Source of the DNA: a virus
Taxonomy: Duplodnaviria; Caudoviricetes
Strand: one strand, 5' to 3'
Virus record (IMG/VR): IMGVR_UViG_3300023174_003901
Span: 1-64,000 of that record
Length of the DNA: 64,000 bases
The notes below the pieces were generated by a model that was given only the letters and a program-made list of their open reading frames with translations, was not told the DNA's origin and did no database searches. Position 1 is the first letter of the stretch. Each line of letters opens with the position of its first letter. Below are positions 34,974-43,983 of this stretch, one piece after another. The translations under genes and the position numbers were made by a program.

Positions 34974-36553
34974 ACTAAATTTTTTATTTCTGGTAATACA
35001 CGCACCAATGATTCATTTCGATGATTGTCCATAATTTGTGTCAGTCTCTTAAATTCCGGCAAATGATGACTGTCATCCTGTGCCCACATGTATGTTAACA
35101 CATCATGCCATTGTTTTGCAAGAGATCTAGCATCGACAGATTCACACCAGACCATATGGCTCTTGATCAATTGATCTAACCAATTTTTATGATCCAAAGA
35201 CAATGCGGCCACGGTGAGATGTGGTGGACTAATCATTATAGTCTGTGAAAATTTTGAGATATCTAACTTTTTTTCTGTATGCCAGTTTTTTTGCAGTTCC
35301 ATCAAACTGGTTGCATTTAATAATCCCACCGTTGAAGTCACAGTCAATCGAACATGGGGGCAGGTGCTCTTGACCAGTTCAAGATTTTTTTCTATCTTTT
35401 GCCAGTTTGTGCCATGTCTAACATATTCAGCAACCGCACCGTGAGCATCTAGGCTAGCCCCAACAGTTATGTTTGAAAACTTATGCCATAGATCCAAAAC
35501 ATTTCGATTTCGGTAAGAGAGTGTGGTAAAATTAGTATTGTACGTGATTTCTAGATTGGTATTCCCGCATGCAATCAATGCATCTAGGATCACATAGTGT
35601 TCGGCGGTCAACAAAGGTTCACCACCGGCAAAATATATTTTTTCAACGTCGGGCAAATAGTCAAGTATTTCATCTATGTTCTGGCTTCTTTGTTTTGCGT
35701 CAAGACCAGATGCAACAAACTTGCGGTTACCAAACAATTCAACATCTTCTTGTGCAATAGCACTGCTGAAATAGCCACTGCACATGCGACATTTGAGATT
35801 GCATATGTTGTTCAGTCTTATGTCTAGATATCTAGGTTTAAAGTTTTGTATGGTACCTGAAGAATCAACTGTGTTTTTTGTTATTTTGGGCCAACGCCGA
35901 TTATGATCCATCCTGGCACTTGATATTCCTGCGTCCTCCTGAGCATAACATCTTGAACATTCCTTGCTACGTTGACCGTTCAACATGTTTGATCTCAAAC
36001 GATTGAAACTTGTAGACTTTATAATAGAGTCCACAGATTGTTCTTGTATGTTGCCCATGGCAAAATCATGATCAGACAAACAGCATGGCAATACATTTCC
36101 ATCTGTGCCAACATACAGATGCGTCCAGGGCAAGGCACAAAATGTATCTTGCTTGAAATATTGTATTTTGTAATCAGAGTCAGCAACAATATGGCTCTGT
36201 ATTTCACAATCATCTGTGGAATACAAGTTTTTGACTTGTGCAAGTTCGTGTTGGATATTTTTATTATTTGTCACAACCAATACAAAAAAGTTGCTGATAT
36301 CAATCTGAGCAAGATGTTTTTGTAACGCATTTATGCCACGTCCGGGTAGATCATCGTAGTCATAGATGTCTACACAATCTTGCACTATCACGATGCGGAA
36401 ATTGTCTTGATATTCTGGACGATAGGCGGACTTCAAAAAATTATGTAATTTTTGATCTCCGCTTGATTCATAAAATTCTGACAGATAAAACGGACCGGCG
36501 GTTTTGTACTGCTGTTGTATTTTGAGTATTTGTTCTGCGAATAAATCTTTCAT
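34970..36553 (-). CDS. Radical SAM protein with N-terminal extension and SPASM/Twitch-like Cys cluster
   Basis: CNLKCRMC (CxxxCxxC) and YFAGGEPLL. CALPW...LPCC...CSRCY precedes the SAM core. ATGA overlaps on both sides. Confidence 0.9.
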   Translation of the reverse strand: MKDLFAEQILKIQQQYKTAGPFYLSEFYESSGDQKLHNFLKSAYRPEYQDNFRIVIVQDCVDIYDYDDLPGRGINALQKHLAQIDISNFFVLVVTNNKNIQHELAQVKNLYSTDDCEIQSHIVADSDYKIQYFKQDTFCALPWTHLYVGTDGNVLPCCLSDHDFAMGNIQEQSVDSIIKSTSFNRLRSNMLNGQRSKECSRCYAQEDAGISSARMDHNRRWPKITKNTVDSSGTIQNFKPRYLDIRLNNICNLKCRMCSGYFSSAIAQEDVELFGNRKFVASGLDAKQRSQNIDEILDYLPDVEKIYFAGGEPLLTAEHYVILDALIACGNTNLEITYNTNFTTLSYRNRNVLDLWHKFSNITVGASLDAHGAVAEYVRHGTNWQKIEKNLELVKSTCPHVRLTVTSTVGLLNATSLMELQKNWHTEKKLDISKFSQTIMISPPHLTVAALSLDHKNWLDQLIKSHMVWCESVDARSLAKQWHDVLTYMWAQDDSHHLPEFKRLTQIMDNHRNESLVRVLPEIKNLV

Positions 36554-37566
36554 AGAGTCTGATAAATCTTCAACAGTAGTTTGTTGTCGTAGAATTCTGA
36601 CTCAATGTTTGTGATTTGGTCTGTGACAATTTGATCTACGGATTCAAATTTAACTTCACCCGGTGCCATGTCAGTGTCTACAGAACTGTTCTTGTTGGGT
36701 ATCAAGGCCATCTCTCTCAGGCCATATTCTTTGATATACTTCTCTTTGATGAAGTTGGCTTCTTCGTATGAAATCTCAATGTCCAACTGCACCCGAACAT
36801 GCATGCCTGGTGCAAGCAAGGTGGGTGCATTGTCAATGATACTGGCCAGCCCCAGCACACGATATCTCGGTTGGTCAGGCCAGGCATGAAACTCAGGTTC
36901 CTGCCCCCATTCCAGGATCATCATGCCACGATTATCATCTCCGGCATCGGCATAGTTGTGCGGGAAGCAGTTGCCAATGTATGTGATGTTTTTCTTGGTC
37001 TGACGTTTGTGGAAGTGTCCGGTGAACACATGTTCAAAGTTACCAAAGTCTTCTCTGCGTACTTCGCCGTGATCCGGCATTTCTACCATGGCGTTCATTA
37101 GATATCCGGGCAGTTCAAAGTGCCCAAACATGTACCGGCCCTTTAGTTTGGGAATACGCTTGTGATCATCTCCGCAAAGCCAAGGTGCAATAACGACATC
37201 ACCATCACTGAACCAATCGTTACATATAGTAACGTTCGGAAGATGGCGGGCCCATTCCACGCTTTGTATATCACGTTTGTCGCGATAATACAAGTCGTGA
37301 TTACCAGGAATGAAAAAAACATGTTCAAAGTTTGCATTCATGTGCTCCAGTGCCCGCAGGCTGTAGTTTAGGGTAACAATGTTTAGACTGGCACGGTTGT
37401 TGTGCCAGTCGCCCAGGAACATGCAGATTTCGCAACCTTCCTCTCGGGCTTTGGCAGTTGCCCACTTGACAAAGTTTAAACAGTCCTCGTTGTGTTGAGT
37501 GCTGTTTGATTTGAGTCCAAAGTGAATGTCTGTGAAGATCGCGGCTTTACGAAATAGATTAGTCAT
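36550..37566 (-). CDS. gp47: Recombination endonuclease nuclease subunit (gp47 / SbcD / Mre11-like)
   Basis: FTDIHFG, FLGDWHN, IPGNHD, MFGHFE and FTGHFH metallophosphoesterase motifs. The start is moved to 37566 (MTNLF) on promoter spacing. Confidence 0.95.
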   Translation of the reverse strand: MTNLFRKAAIFTDIHFGLKSNSTQHNEDCLNFVKWATAKAREEGCEICMFLGDWHNNRASLNIVTLNYSLRALEHMNANFEHVFFIPGNHDLYYRDKRDIQSVEWARHLPNVTICNDWFSDGDVVIAPWLCGDDHKRIPKLKGRYMFGHFELPGYLMNAMVEMPDHGEVRREDFGNFEHVFTGHFHKRQTKKNITYIGNCFPHNYADAGDDNRGMMILEWGQEPEFHAWPDQPRYRVLGLASIIDNAPTLLAPGMHVRVQLDIEISYEEANFIKEKYIKEYGLREMALIPNKNSSVDTDMAPGEVKFESVDQIVTDQITNIESEFYDNKLLLKIYQTL

Positions 37567-37572
37567 CCTACT

Positions 37573-37601
37573 AGTATACAATCTTTAAGTGTACAGGTCA
37601 A
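37573..37601 (-). promoter_or_regulatory. Sigma70-type promoter for gp47 (TTGACC-17-TATACT)
   Basis: -35 at 37596-37601, -10 at 37573-37578, then 6 nt to ATG 37566. Confidence 0.7.
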
Positions 37602-38896
37602 TCTTTAATTTGCTCAAGCCACGGAAACACTTGTTGCCAATTGGTTCTGCGTCTTTTATCAATTTGGTCAAGATAATTTTTTAAATTGGATACTCTTTCT
37701 TTGTTGCCCGAACACAAACTACTTTTATTTGCAATGCCTTGCATTAGATCTTTGTGATTTTTTTGTAGTTCGGTATCTGTGGGCATCAATGCCAGGGTTT
37801 TTTCAAAATCAGATTCAAACACATCCCCAGGAAAATTATACGGATCATCTTCACCCCAAGGTGTGATGAAAGTATGTTGTATCAAGTTAGAATAAGACCT
37901 CCACTCATCTACTACGTCTTGTTGATGCACATTCCAGGCGTTGATCTTTTCAACAAGTTTTGGCAAACACTTGATGGTCAATGCCGAAATAACACTGTTG
38001 ACAGACAAACTGGCCCAGGGCTTGTTGAGAAGATACTCAAAGTTTTTTTCCCATAAAGATAGATCCAAGCCATACCGCACATATTCTTGTTCAGCACCCC
38101 AACCGTCTAGACTGGCTGTGAGTTGTAATTGCCATATTTTATTTTTGCTTGCCAAAAGTTCAAATTTTTTCATGTATTTTTTGAATCTTTCGTGTGGTAT
38201 GTTTAGATTGGTAATGACACTGATGATCAAATCAGGGTGACCGTGCTTGGCCCAAAACTTTATGCTTTGATCCATCTCGTCCAGTAAAAAAGGTTCCCCA
38301 CCTAAAATATGATATCTCTGAATCTTTTTTGCATTGTTGTCTTTGGCCAAATAAACCCATAAGTCATTGACCATCTTTTGATAATGTGGATTTTTTTGAT
38401 TCAGTTTAGTACTGTATTTGTTTTTATCCTCGATGGTGGTATAAATTTTTCCATGTCGACGATTCTCATCTTCCCATTTACTGCTGTGAGCCGGACCACA
38501 GTATGTACATGCCATGTTACAAACATTAGAAAACCAAACTTCCAAGATAGTTGGGCTGACATTCACTGCTTGATTGTCTGACAGAACTTCTGGAGGAATA
38601 AGATTTATATTTTCTAATTGTTTAAGTTGCAGTGTTCTATCACTTAGTCCATTTGACTCTTCTATGTTTTTACAGTATGCACAACCCCCGTCGGGCCACT
38701 CACCTTCGAGCATGGTCTTTCTTGCTTCAACTTTGTCAGGAAGGTTATGAAAATTATCAAAATTATCTGGGTCAATTTTGTATTTTTGTGTTCTATGACA
38801 GGACGCAGATGTGCCACTCTGAAAAAAAATACTGCTCCAGTTCCATTTTAATAAACATGCTGTCTCTGTTTGAATAGGAAATATTACCTTTGACAT
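37598..38896 (-). CDS. Radical SAM protein with N-terminal SPASM/Twitch-like Cys cluster
   Basis: CNMACTYC and HILGGEPF. N-terminal CLLKW...SCH...CAYCK. GGAG SD, with TAAATA at 38927-38932 upstream. Confidence 0.9.
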   Translation of the reverse strand: MSKVIFPIQTETACLLKWNWSSIFFQSGTSASCHRTQKYKIDPDNFDNFHNLPDKVEARKTMLEGEWPDGGCAYCKNIEESNGLSDRTLQLKQLENINLIPPEVLSDNQAVNVSPTILEVWFSNVCNMACTYCGPAHSSKWEDENRRHGKIYTTIEDKNKYSTKLNQKNPHYQKMVNDLWVYLAKDNNAKKIQRYHILGGEPFLLDEMDQSIKFWAKHGHPDLIISVITNLNIPHERFKKYMKKFELLASKNKIWQLQLTASLDGWGAEQEYVRYGLDLSLWEKNFEYLLNKPWASLSVNSVISALTIKCLPKLVEKINAWNVHQQDVVDEWRSYSNLIQHTFITPWGEDDPYNFPGDVFESDFEKTLALMPTDTELQKNHKDLMQGIANKSSLCSGNKERVSNLKNYLDQIDKRRRTNWQQVFPWLEQIKD

Positions 38897-38946
38897 TTTT
38901 TAACTATCTCCATGTTGGTTCTAGTATATTTAAGATCTTTGTCATG

Positions 38947-39840
38947 CTACTCATCAAGACTACTTACTACCGGTCCGCTCATGGCAGCCATGGAATGTTT
39001 ACCTGAGTTCTGACGAGTCCAGGATGGATTCAGTCCGTTCATCTCCAAAATGTCGTCACGGATGTTTTGATTTTTCTTTTCGATGTTTAGGATACGAGTG
39101 AAACTATTAGTGATAGCGGCAGTATAATACGCAAAAGGGTTCTGCGATTTTGACTCGTCAAATTGCAGTCCGATTTGACTGAGTTGTAGCAAGGCTTGTC
39201 CTCGCATTTCTTCGTTGTAGGTGTATCCACGCCAGTTACTCCTTGTAGCATATCTTTCGCATAATTTCATAAACATGTTGGCCAAAGTTCTGGTCATTTT
39301 GCCATGATCTTTGGAGAACTCGCCGCTATCTAAGGCACCCCGCCAGTGGCTTTTGCCCACCACAAACGGCACTTTATTGTTGTCAATTCGGTAATGCCAG
39401 AACGGCGGAAAGTTAACTCTCATGTGTGTGGGATTCAAGATAGGCTCCTCCACAAGGTCCGCCAGTGGATCTTCCGTAACATCATCCAGTTCCAACAAGT
39501 CTTCTAACTTGCGTTTTTTGGCTTCAGCCTTGGTGATCTTTTTGGCTGCCATTGGAATGTGTTCCCAACAGGTGATACGGAACACAATGTCTGTATTGGG
39601 TATTTTTTTAGGGTCTACAATAGTACCTTCTCGCTTGAGCCTGTCTGCTCGATTGCGACGGGCTTCGGCTATGGTCTTTTGATTGATCTTGCTCACAGAA
39701 GGCAGGATAATATCAAATTGGTGATCTAGCGCAGGATCTTGAAAAGAGCAGTAGGTGTTTTTGCTTAGGTGTATCTCTTTGAGAATATCTCTATTGTTGA
39801 GATAGTTGGTTTTGGGTGTGGCACGGATAGTTGCAGTCAT
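38947..39840 (-). CDS. gp55: Late-transcription sigma factor (gp55-like)
   Basis: NYLNNRDILKEI N-terminus; NWRGYTYNEEMRGQALLQL...FDESKSQNPFAYYTAAITNSFTRILNIEKKNQNIRD. Synteny with gp47/gp46. Confidence 0.88.
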   Translation of the reverse strand: MTATIRATPKTNYLNNRDILKEIHLSKNTYCSFQDPALDHQFDIILPSVSKINQKTIAEARRNRADRLKREGTIVDPKKIPNTDIVFRITCWEHIPMAAKKITKAEAKKRKLEDLLELDDVTEDPLADLVEEPILNPTHMRVNFPPFWHYRIDNNKVPFVVGKSHWRGALDSGEFSKDHGKMTRTLANMFMKLCERYATRSNWRGYTYNEEMRGQALLQLSQIGLQFDESKSQNPFAYYTAAITNSFTRILNIEKKNQNIRDDILEMNGLNPSWTRQNSGKHSMAAMSGPVVSSLDE

Positions 39841-39869
39841 TGACTGGGGATTCCTTTAAAATATTACTT

Positions 39870-39897
39870 ATTGTAACACATTCTTAGTAGTTGTCAA
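39870..39897 (-). promoter_or_regulatory. Sigma70-type promoter for gp55 (TTGACA-16-TACAAT with extended TG)
   Basis: Consensus -35 at 39892-39897, then TGT-TACAAT. Confidence 0.75.
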
Positions 39898-39929
39898 CCT
39901 TTTATAAACGGCTCAGTTAATTTTTTGGT

Positions 39930-39935
39930 TAAATA
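39930..39935 (+). promoter_or_regulatory. Late promoter TAAATA for the baseplate module
   Basis: TTAAATA followed by an AAGGA SD and ATG 39955. Confidence 0.6.
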
Positions 39936-39954
39936 CAGGGTCAAGGAACAAAAC

Positions 39955-42111
39955 ATGGATGAAGAAAATTTTATCTGGACCGCACCCGAAGATGTACCCG
40001 CAGAGATACAAATTGATGGCGAAGTAACAGAAACCTACACTGGTGAACAGGTTGCTGATGAGGCTGGCAATCCTGCATGGTGGGATGATAATTATCCAGG
40101 ACAAATAACAGACACAGCCGCTAGTCCCACTCAAGATGCGTATGGACTAAACATTCTCAATGCTGAACAAACAGCACAACTAACAAGAAATATCAATCCT
40201 GCATTCATTAATAATTTTGTTGATCCTAATGCACCAATAGCAAAAAATGTCGCAAATGCAGTTAATAAATCTGCTACCGCACAACCTGCATATGTTGATC
40301 AAACTGGACTTGCATTTGATTCAAGGACAGGAGTATCTTATCCAGTTGACAAAGCCTCAGGCAAACAACTAATACCTGCGGATGTATTGGCAGTAACTGA
40401 TTCAGCGGCTCAGGTAAGGCTTGAGATGTTAGGGGCAGGAGCCAAGTCAGTTGCTACCCCAGTAAATCCAGGTCAAAGCAATCTTGCTGGGCCGCCAGAC
40501 ACATTTATTAAAAATGCTGCCGGTGACTGGGTAGAAAATCCCAAGTATCCTGTAAACATATCTGCCACACCAGTTGCCACAAAATTGCCATACACAGACT
40601 ATCGCCAGACAGTGGCTGAGGCGGCCCGCCTTAATTCATATTCAGAAACGCCCAATCCTTTCCTAACTGAAATTGACAAAGCCGGTACAAATATCGCCGT
40701 AGGTACTGCAGGCATAGCCAGGTCTAAAGAAAATATTCAAACAGCACAACAATATATTGTCGATGCAGAAAGTTACATTGCACAGAACAATACTGAACTA
40801 GCCAATCCTGACATAAGTGCAGAACGCCGAGCAGAGTTAGAAGCCAACAATGCAGAAAATGCTCAAATTATCTTTGATTCAAATCAAAACATAACTAACC
40901 AAGAAACCTACATTGCACAAACTCAAGATACCATCCAACTTAGTGAAGCAAGCATCAATGAGAACGCCGCAGTCTATCGAGACAGTACTTCTCCCACCAA
41001 CAGTACTAGTGTTGACATCAACACTGATCCTAGTATCAGCCTAGTGGATCGTGTGAGATCGTTGTTTTCAGGTCAGCCGACTAGAACAGCCGCACCAGTT
41101 AATGTGCAAGACGGGCAGGCATTTGGTACTGTGTTACTAGATCCTAATGGCAGTGGTGGATTTGTTGACACCGCGGGAAACCCAGTCAACGCCGACGGCA
41201 CACCAATTCCTCCGGTGGCACGATTTACCACAGCCGCTCAAGACTCAGCAATCCAAACACAAGTGGGCCGTCAGTTTGCACAACAGCAGGCAGTCACAGC
41301 CGCACAAAGAAAAATATCCAACAACGGTGATTGGCGGGTGCGACTCAGCCTGGCACCGGGCGCACGATATTTGTACAATGTAGATGGCGATCCTGGGATA
41401 CTACAACCATTGGCTGTCACTGGTGGCGTGATATTTCCATACACTCCCAGTATTGAAATGAGTTACAAGGCCGACTATGAAAGTTATGCATTGACTCACA
41501 GCAACTACAAAGGATATTTTTACAAGAGTAGTTCTGTGGACGCTGTGAACATGAGAGCAACATTCACCGCACAGGACAGCAACGAAGCCAACTATCTCCT
41601 GGCCGTGATACATTTTTTCCGTTCAGTGACCAAAATGTTTTACGGACAAGATGCTGAACGTGGTGCTCCTCCTCCCTTGGTATACCTGACAGGGCTAGGA
41701 CAATATCAATTCAACGGTCATCCTTGTGTGGTAACCAGTTTTAATTACAACCTACCTGGTGATGTAGACTACATACGAGCAAGATCACCCAACATCAATG
41801 GTACAGATATGTTAACACGCAGAAGCAGACAAAATTTACCAACCAACCCTATTTCGGGTGCTGTGTCTCGATTGCAAAATCTTTTCAGTGGCCAAGGCAT
41901 AAGTTATGGTGCAGAAATTAATAGACGCCCACCACCCACACTGGGACTTAACAACCCTACTTATGTGCCTACCAAACTAGAGATCTCGCTGAGTCTGTTA
42001 CCGGTACAAACTCGCAGTCAAGTTACCAATCAATTTAGCCTTCAACAGTATGCCACTGGTGCCTTGCTAGGTGGATCACCGGGCACTTCGGGCCAAGGAG
42101 GATTCTGGTAA
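39955..42111 (+). CDS. Baseplate / tail-tube initiator protein (gp48/gp54-like C-terminal domain) with long N-terminal extension
   Basis: DWRVRLSL...GGVIFPYTPSI...THSNY...FTAQD...AVIHFFRSVTKMFYG...GAPPPLVYL...PCVVTSF..LPGDVDY. The start is moved from 39925 to 39955 (SD present). Confidence 0.65.
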   Translation: MDEENFIWTAPEDVPAEIQIDGEVTETYTGEQVADEAGNPAWWDDNYPGQITDTAASPTQDAYGLNILNAEQTAQLTRNINPAFINNFVDPNAPIAKNVANAVNKSATAQPAYVDQTGLAFDSRTGVSYPVDKASGKQLIPADVLAVTDSAAQVRLEMLGAGAKSVATPVNPGQSNLAGPPDTFIKNAAGDWVENPKYPVNISATPVATKLPYTDYRQTVAEAARLNSYSETPNPFLTEIDKAGTNIAVGTAGIARSKENIQTAQQYIVDAESYIAQNNTELANPDISAERRAELEANNAENAQIIFDSNQNITNQETYIAQTQDTIQLSEASINENAAVYRDSTSPTNSTSVDINTDPSISLVDRVRSLFSGQPTRTAAPVNVQDGQAFGTVLLDPNGSGGFVDTAGNPVNADGTPIPPVARFTTAAQDSAIQTQVGRQFAQQQAVTAAQRKISNNGDWRVRLSLAPGARYLYNVDGDPGILQPLAVTGGVIFPYTPSIEMSYKADYESYALTHSNYKGYFYKSSSVDAVNMRATFTAQDSNEANYLLAVIHFFRSVTKMFYGQDAERGAPPPLVYLTGLGQYQFNGHPCVVTSFNYNLPGDVDYIRARSPNINGTDMLTRRSRQNLPTNPISGAVSRLQNLFSGQGISYGAEINRRPPPTLGLNNPTYVPTKLEISLSLLPVQTRSQVTNQFSLQQYATGALLGGSPGTSGQGGFW

Positions 42112-42410
42112 TGGCCACATATAACGCAGTAAGTCCTTACTATACCACAGGATATAGCCAGTTCTTTTTGGATACAATGACCAACCGTCCTATACCCAAA
42201 AACATTGATGACCAACTGATGTTGATCAATCAAACCTATCAATACAGGCCAGATCTCTTGGCCTTTGACTTGTACAGCACTCCGGCCTTGTGGTGGGTGT
42301 TTTATCAACGCAACCCCAACACACTCACTGCTCCTCCATTGGACTTCAAGACTGGAACACAAATTTATCTGCCCAAACTCAGTACATTACGCAGTACGTT
42401 AGGATTCTAA
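42111..42410 (+). CDS. gp53: Baseplate wedge subunit (gp53-like, LysM-like)
   Basis: YQYRPDLLAFDLYSTPALWWVF...GTQIYLP; TAATG coupling to the upstream gene. Confidence 0.75.
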   Translation: MATYNAVSPYYTTGYSQFFLDTMTNRPIPKNIDDQLMLINQTYQYRPDLLAFDLYSTPALWWVFYQRNPNTLTAPPLDFKTGTQIYLPKLSTLRSTLGF

Positions 42411-42414
42411 TACA

Positions 42415-43983
42415 ATGGCCACTCAAGCGCAGATTGATCTTTTCTTACAGTATTTTTTCCAGTCTTGGAACAACTCAGACCAAAGTCGTGGTGCCTACAA
42501 CAATGCCATAGCCATAGCAGAAACAAGAACAGGTTTATTAGTTGGAAGATCAATTGGTCCTGATGGCCAAATATTAAATATTCCTGGCGTAATCGATTCG
42601 TCACTGATTCCTACTTTTCAAAGTTTAACAGGAGGCCGGGCTGTGGTCAGTTCGGGTGCCATTGTAGGTAATGCTAATTTGGCTCGAGATGAAGGAGCCA
42701 ACGCCACACGCCCACCGGTAGGACAGGAAATAGTTACTCCTACCGGCCGTATTGAACCTGCAGGAGAGGGATCAGGCACAAATGCTACAACTACCCCTAC
42801 TACTGAAAACAATCCCACAGCAGGCACAGATGCCAATGTGCGACCAATTAGTCAAACACAGGCAATTAACAATCAAAGCAATAGAGCCACAGCCGGTGCA
42901 GGACAGGCCACAGCCGGTTTTGCCGCAAGTGATCCTCGTAGAACAGATACAGGTGGTCCAGGTGCCGGCGCAAGAGGAGATGACAATACTCCACAAACAC
43001 CAAGTGTTGTGGTCAACAGATTGAATGATCTTTACGCTGCCAAAAACAATTACATACGCGAACGATCAAACGTGCTCGACGACTATTTTAGTTACACATA
43101 TTCTCTCAGTTGGTATCTAACCACGCCTGTTTCTTATAACTCAACTATTGATAGTATCAAACAAAGTCTCAACGGATATTACTTGTTGGCGCAAAGTGGA
43201 GGAGCAGGTACTGCACCGGGTGTAAGAAAACCAGCACCTGGAATTGATATTTATTTTCCGGCATACGATAAAAAATATCAAGACACGGTGCCTGGAAGCA
43301 CAGTAACTGGAGCGGAACGCAGTCCTTATTTTAACCTGGACTATTATCTGGATAATCTAACAATTGAAACTGCCTATTCAGCCGGTATCAATTCTGGTGG
43401 TCCAATGACCTATAAAAATATATCATTTACTGTCAGTGAGCCCAATGGAGTTACACTGCCATTAAATCTTTATCGTGCTGTCAATGAAGTATATGCCCAA
43501 ACAGTTACAAAAAGTTCTGATGCTGGTTCTTTTGTAAATTATGCATCTGCAATGTACTGCCTGGTCATACGTTTCTATGGCTATGACGAACAAGGAAACT
43601 TAGCACTACCAATAAAGAACGGTGTGGGGAGTACCGATCCCAATGCCGCTGTGGAAAAATTTATATTCTACCAACAAACCAGTTTGAATTATTCAGTGGG
43701 TAGCAAGTTGACAGAATATCGAATTACTGGAGCCTCGCCATCTACCAATATTGGATTCAGTGTTAACCGGGGTAGTATTCCTTTCAACATGCAGTTTACG
43801 GGGGCCACAGTAAAAGATGTGTTAGTTGGTCAAGTGAAACAACAGACAGCAAGTCAGGCTGCAGGAGACAATACTAGAAATGGTAAGCCGATTGCCTCAG
43901 CACCACCAGGAAATTCAAACCCAACACCAACCGATTCTCAACTACCCGCAATTGATGTTGCAACCGCAGGAGGAAATTTTTAA
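42415..43983 (+). CDS. Putative baseplate hub protein, N-terminal part
   Basis: RSNVLDDYFSYTYSLSWYL, YFNLDYYLDNL, ISFTVSEPNGVTL and LVIRFYGYDEQG motifs; position between gp53-like and gp5-like genes. Confidence 0.55.
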   Translation: MATQAQIDLFLQYFFQSWNNSDQSRGAYNNAIAIAETRTGLLVGRSIGPDGQILNIPGVIDSSLIPTFQSLTGGRAVVSSGAIVGNANLARDEGANATRPPVGQEIVTPTGRIEPAGEGSGTNATTTPTTENNPTAGTDANVRPISQTQAINNQSNRATAGAGQATAGFAASDPRRTDTGGPGAGARGDDNTPQTPSVVVNRLNDLYAAKNNYIRERSNVLDDYFSYTYSLSWYLTTPVSYNSTIDSIKQSLNGYYLLAQSGGAGTAPGVRKPAPGIDIYFPAYDKKYQDTVPGSTVTGAERSPYFNLDYYLDNLTIETAYSAGINSGGPMTYKNISFTVSEPNGVTLPLNLYRAVNEVYAQTVTKSSDAGSFVNYASAMYCLVIRFYGYDEQGNLALPIKNGVGSTDPNAAVEKFIFYQQTSLNYSVGSKLTEYRITGASPSTNIGFSVNRGSIPFNMQFTGATVKDVLVGQVKQQTASQAAGDNTRNGKPIASAPPGNSNPTPTDSQLPAIDVATAGGNF

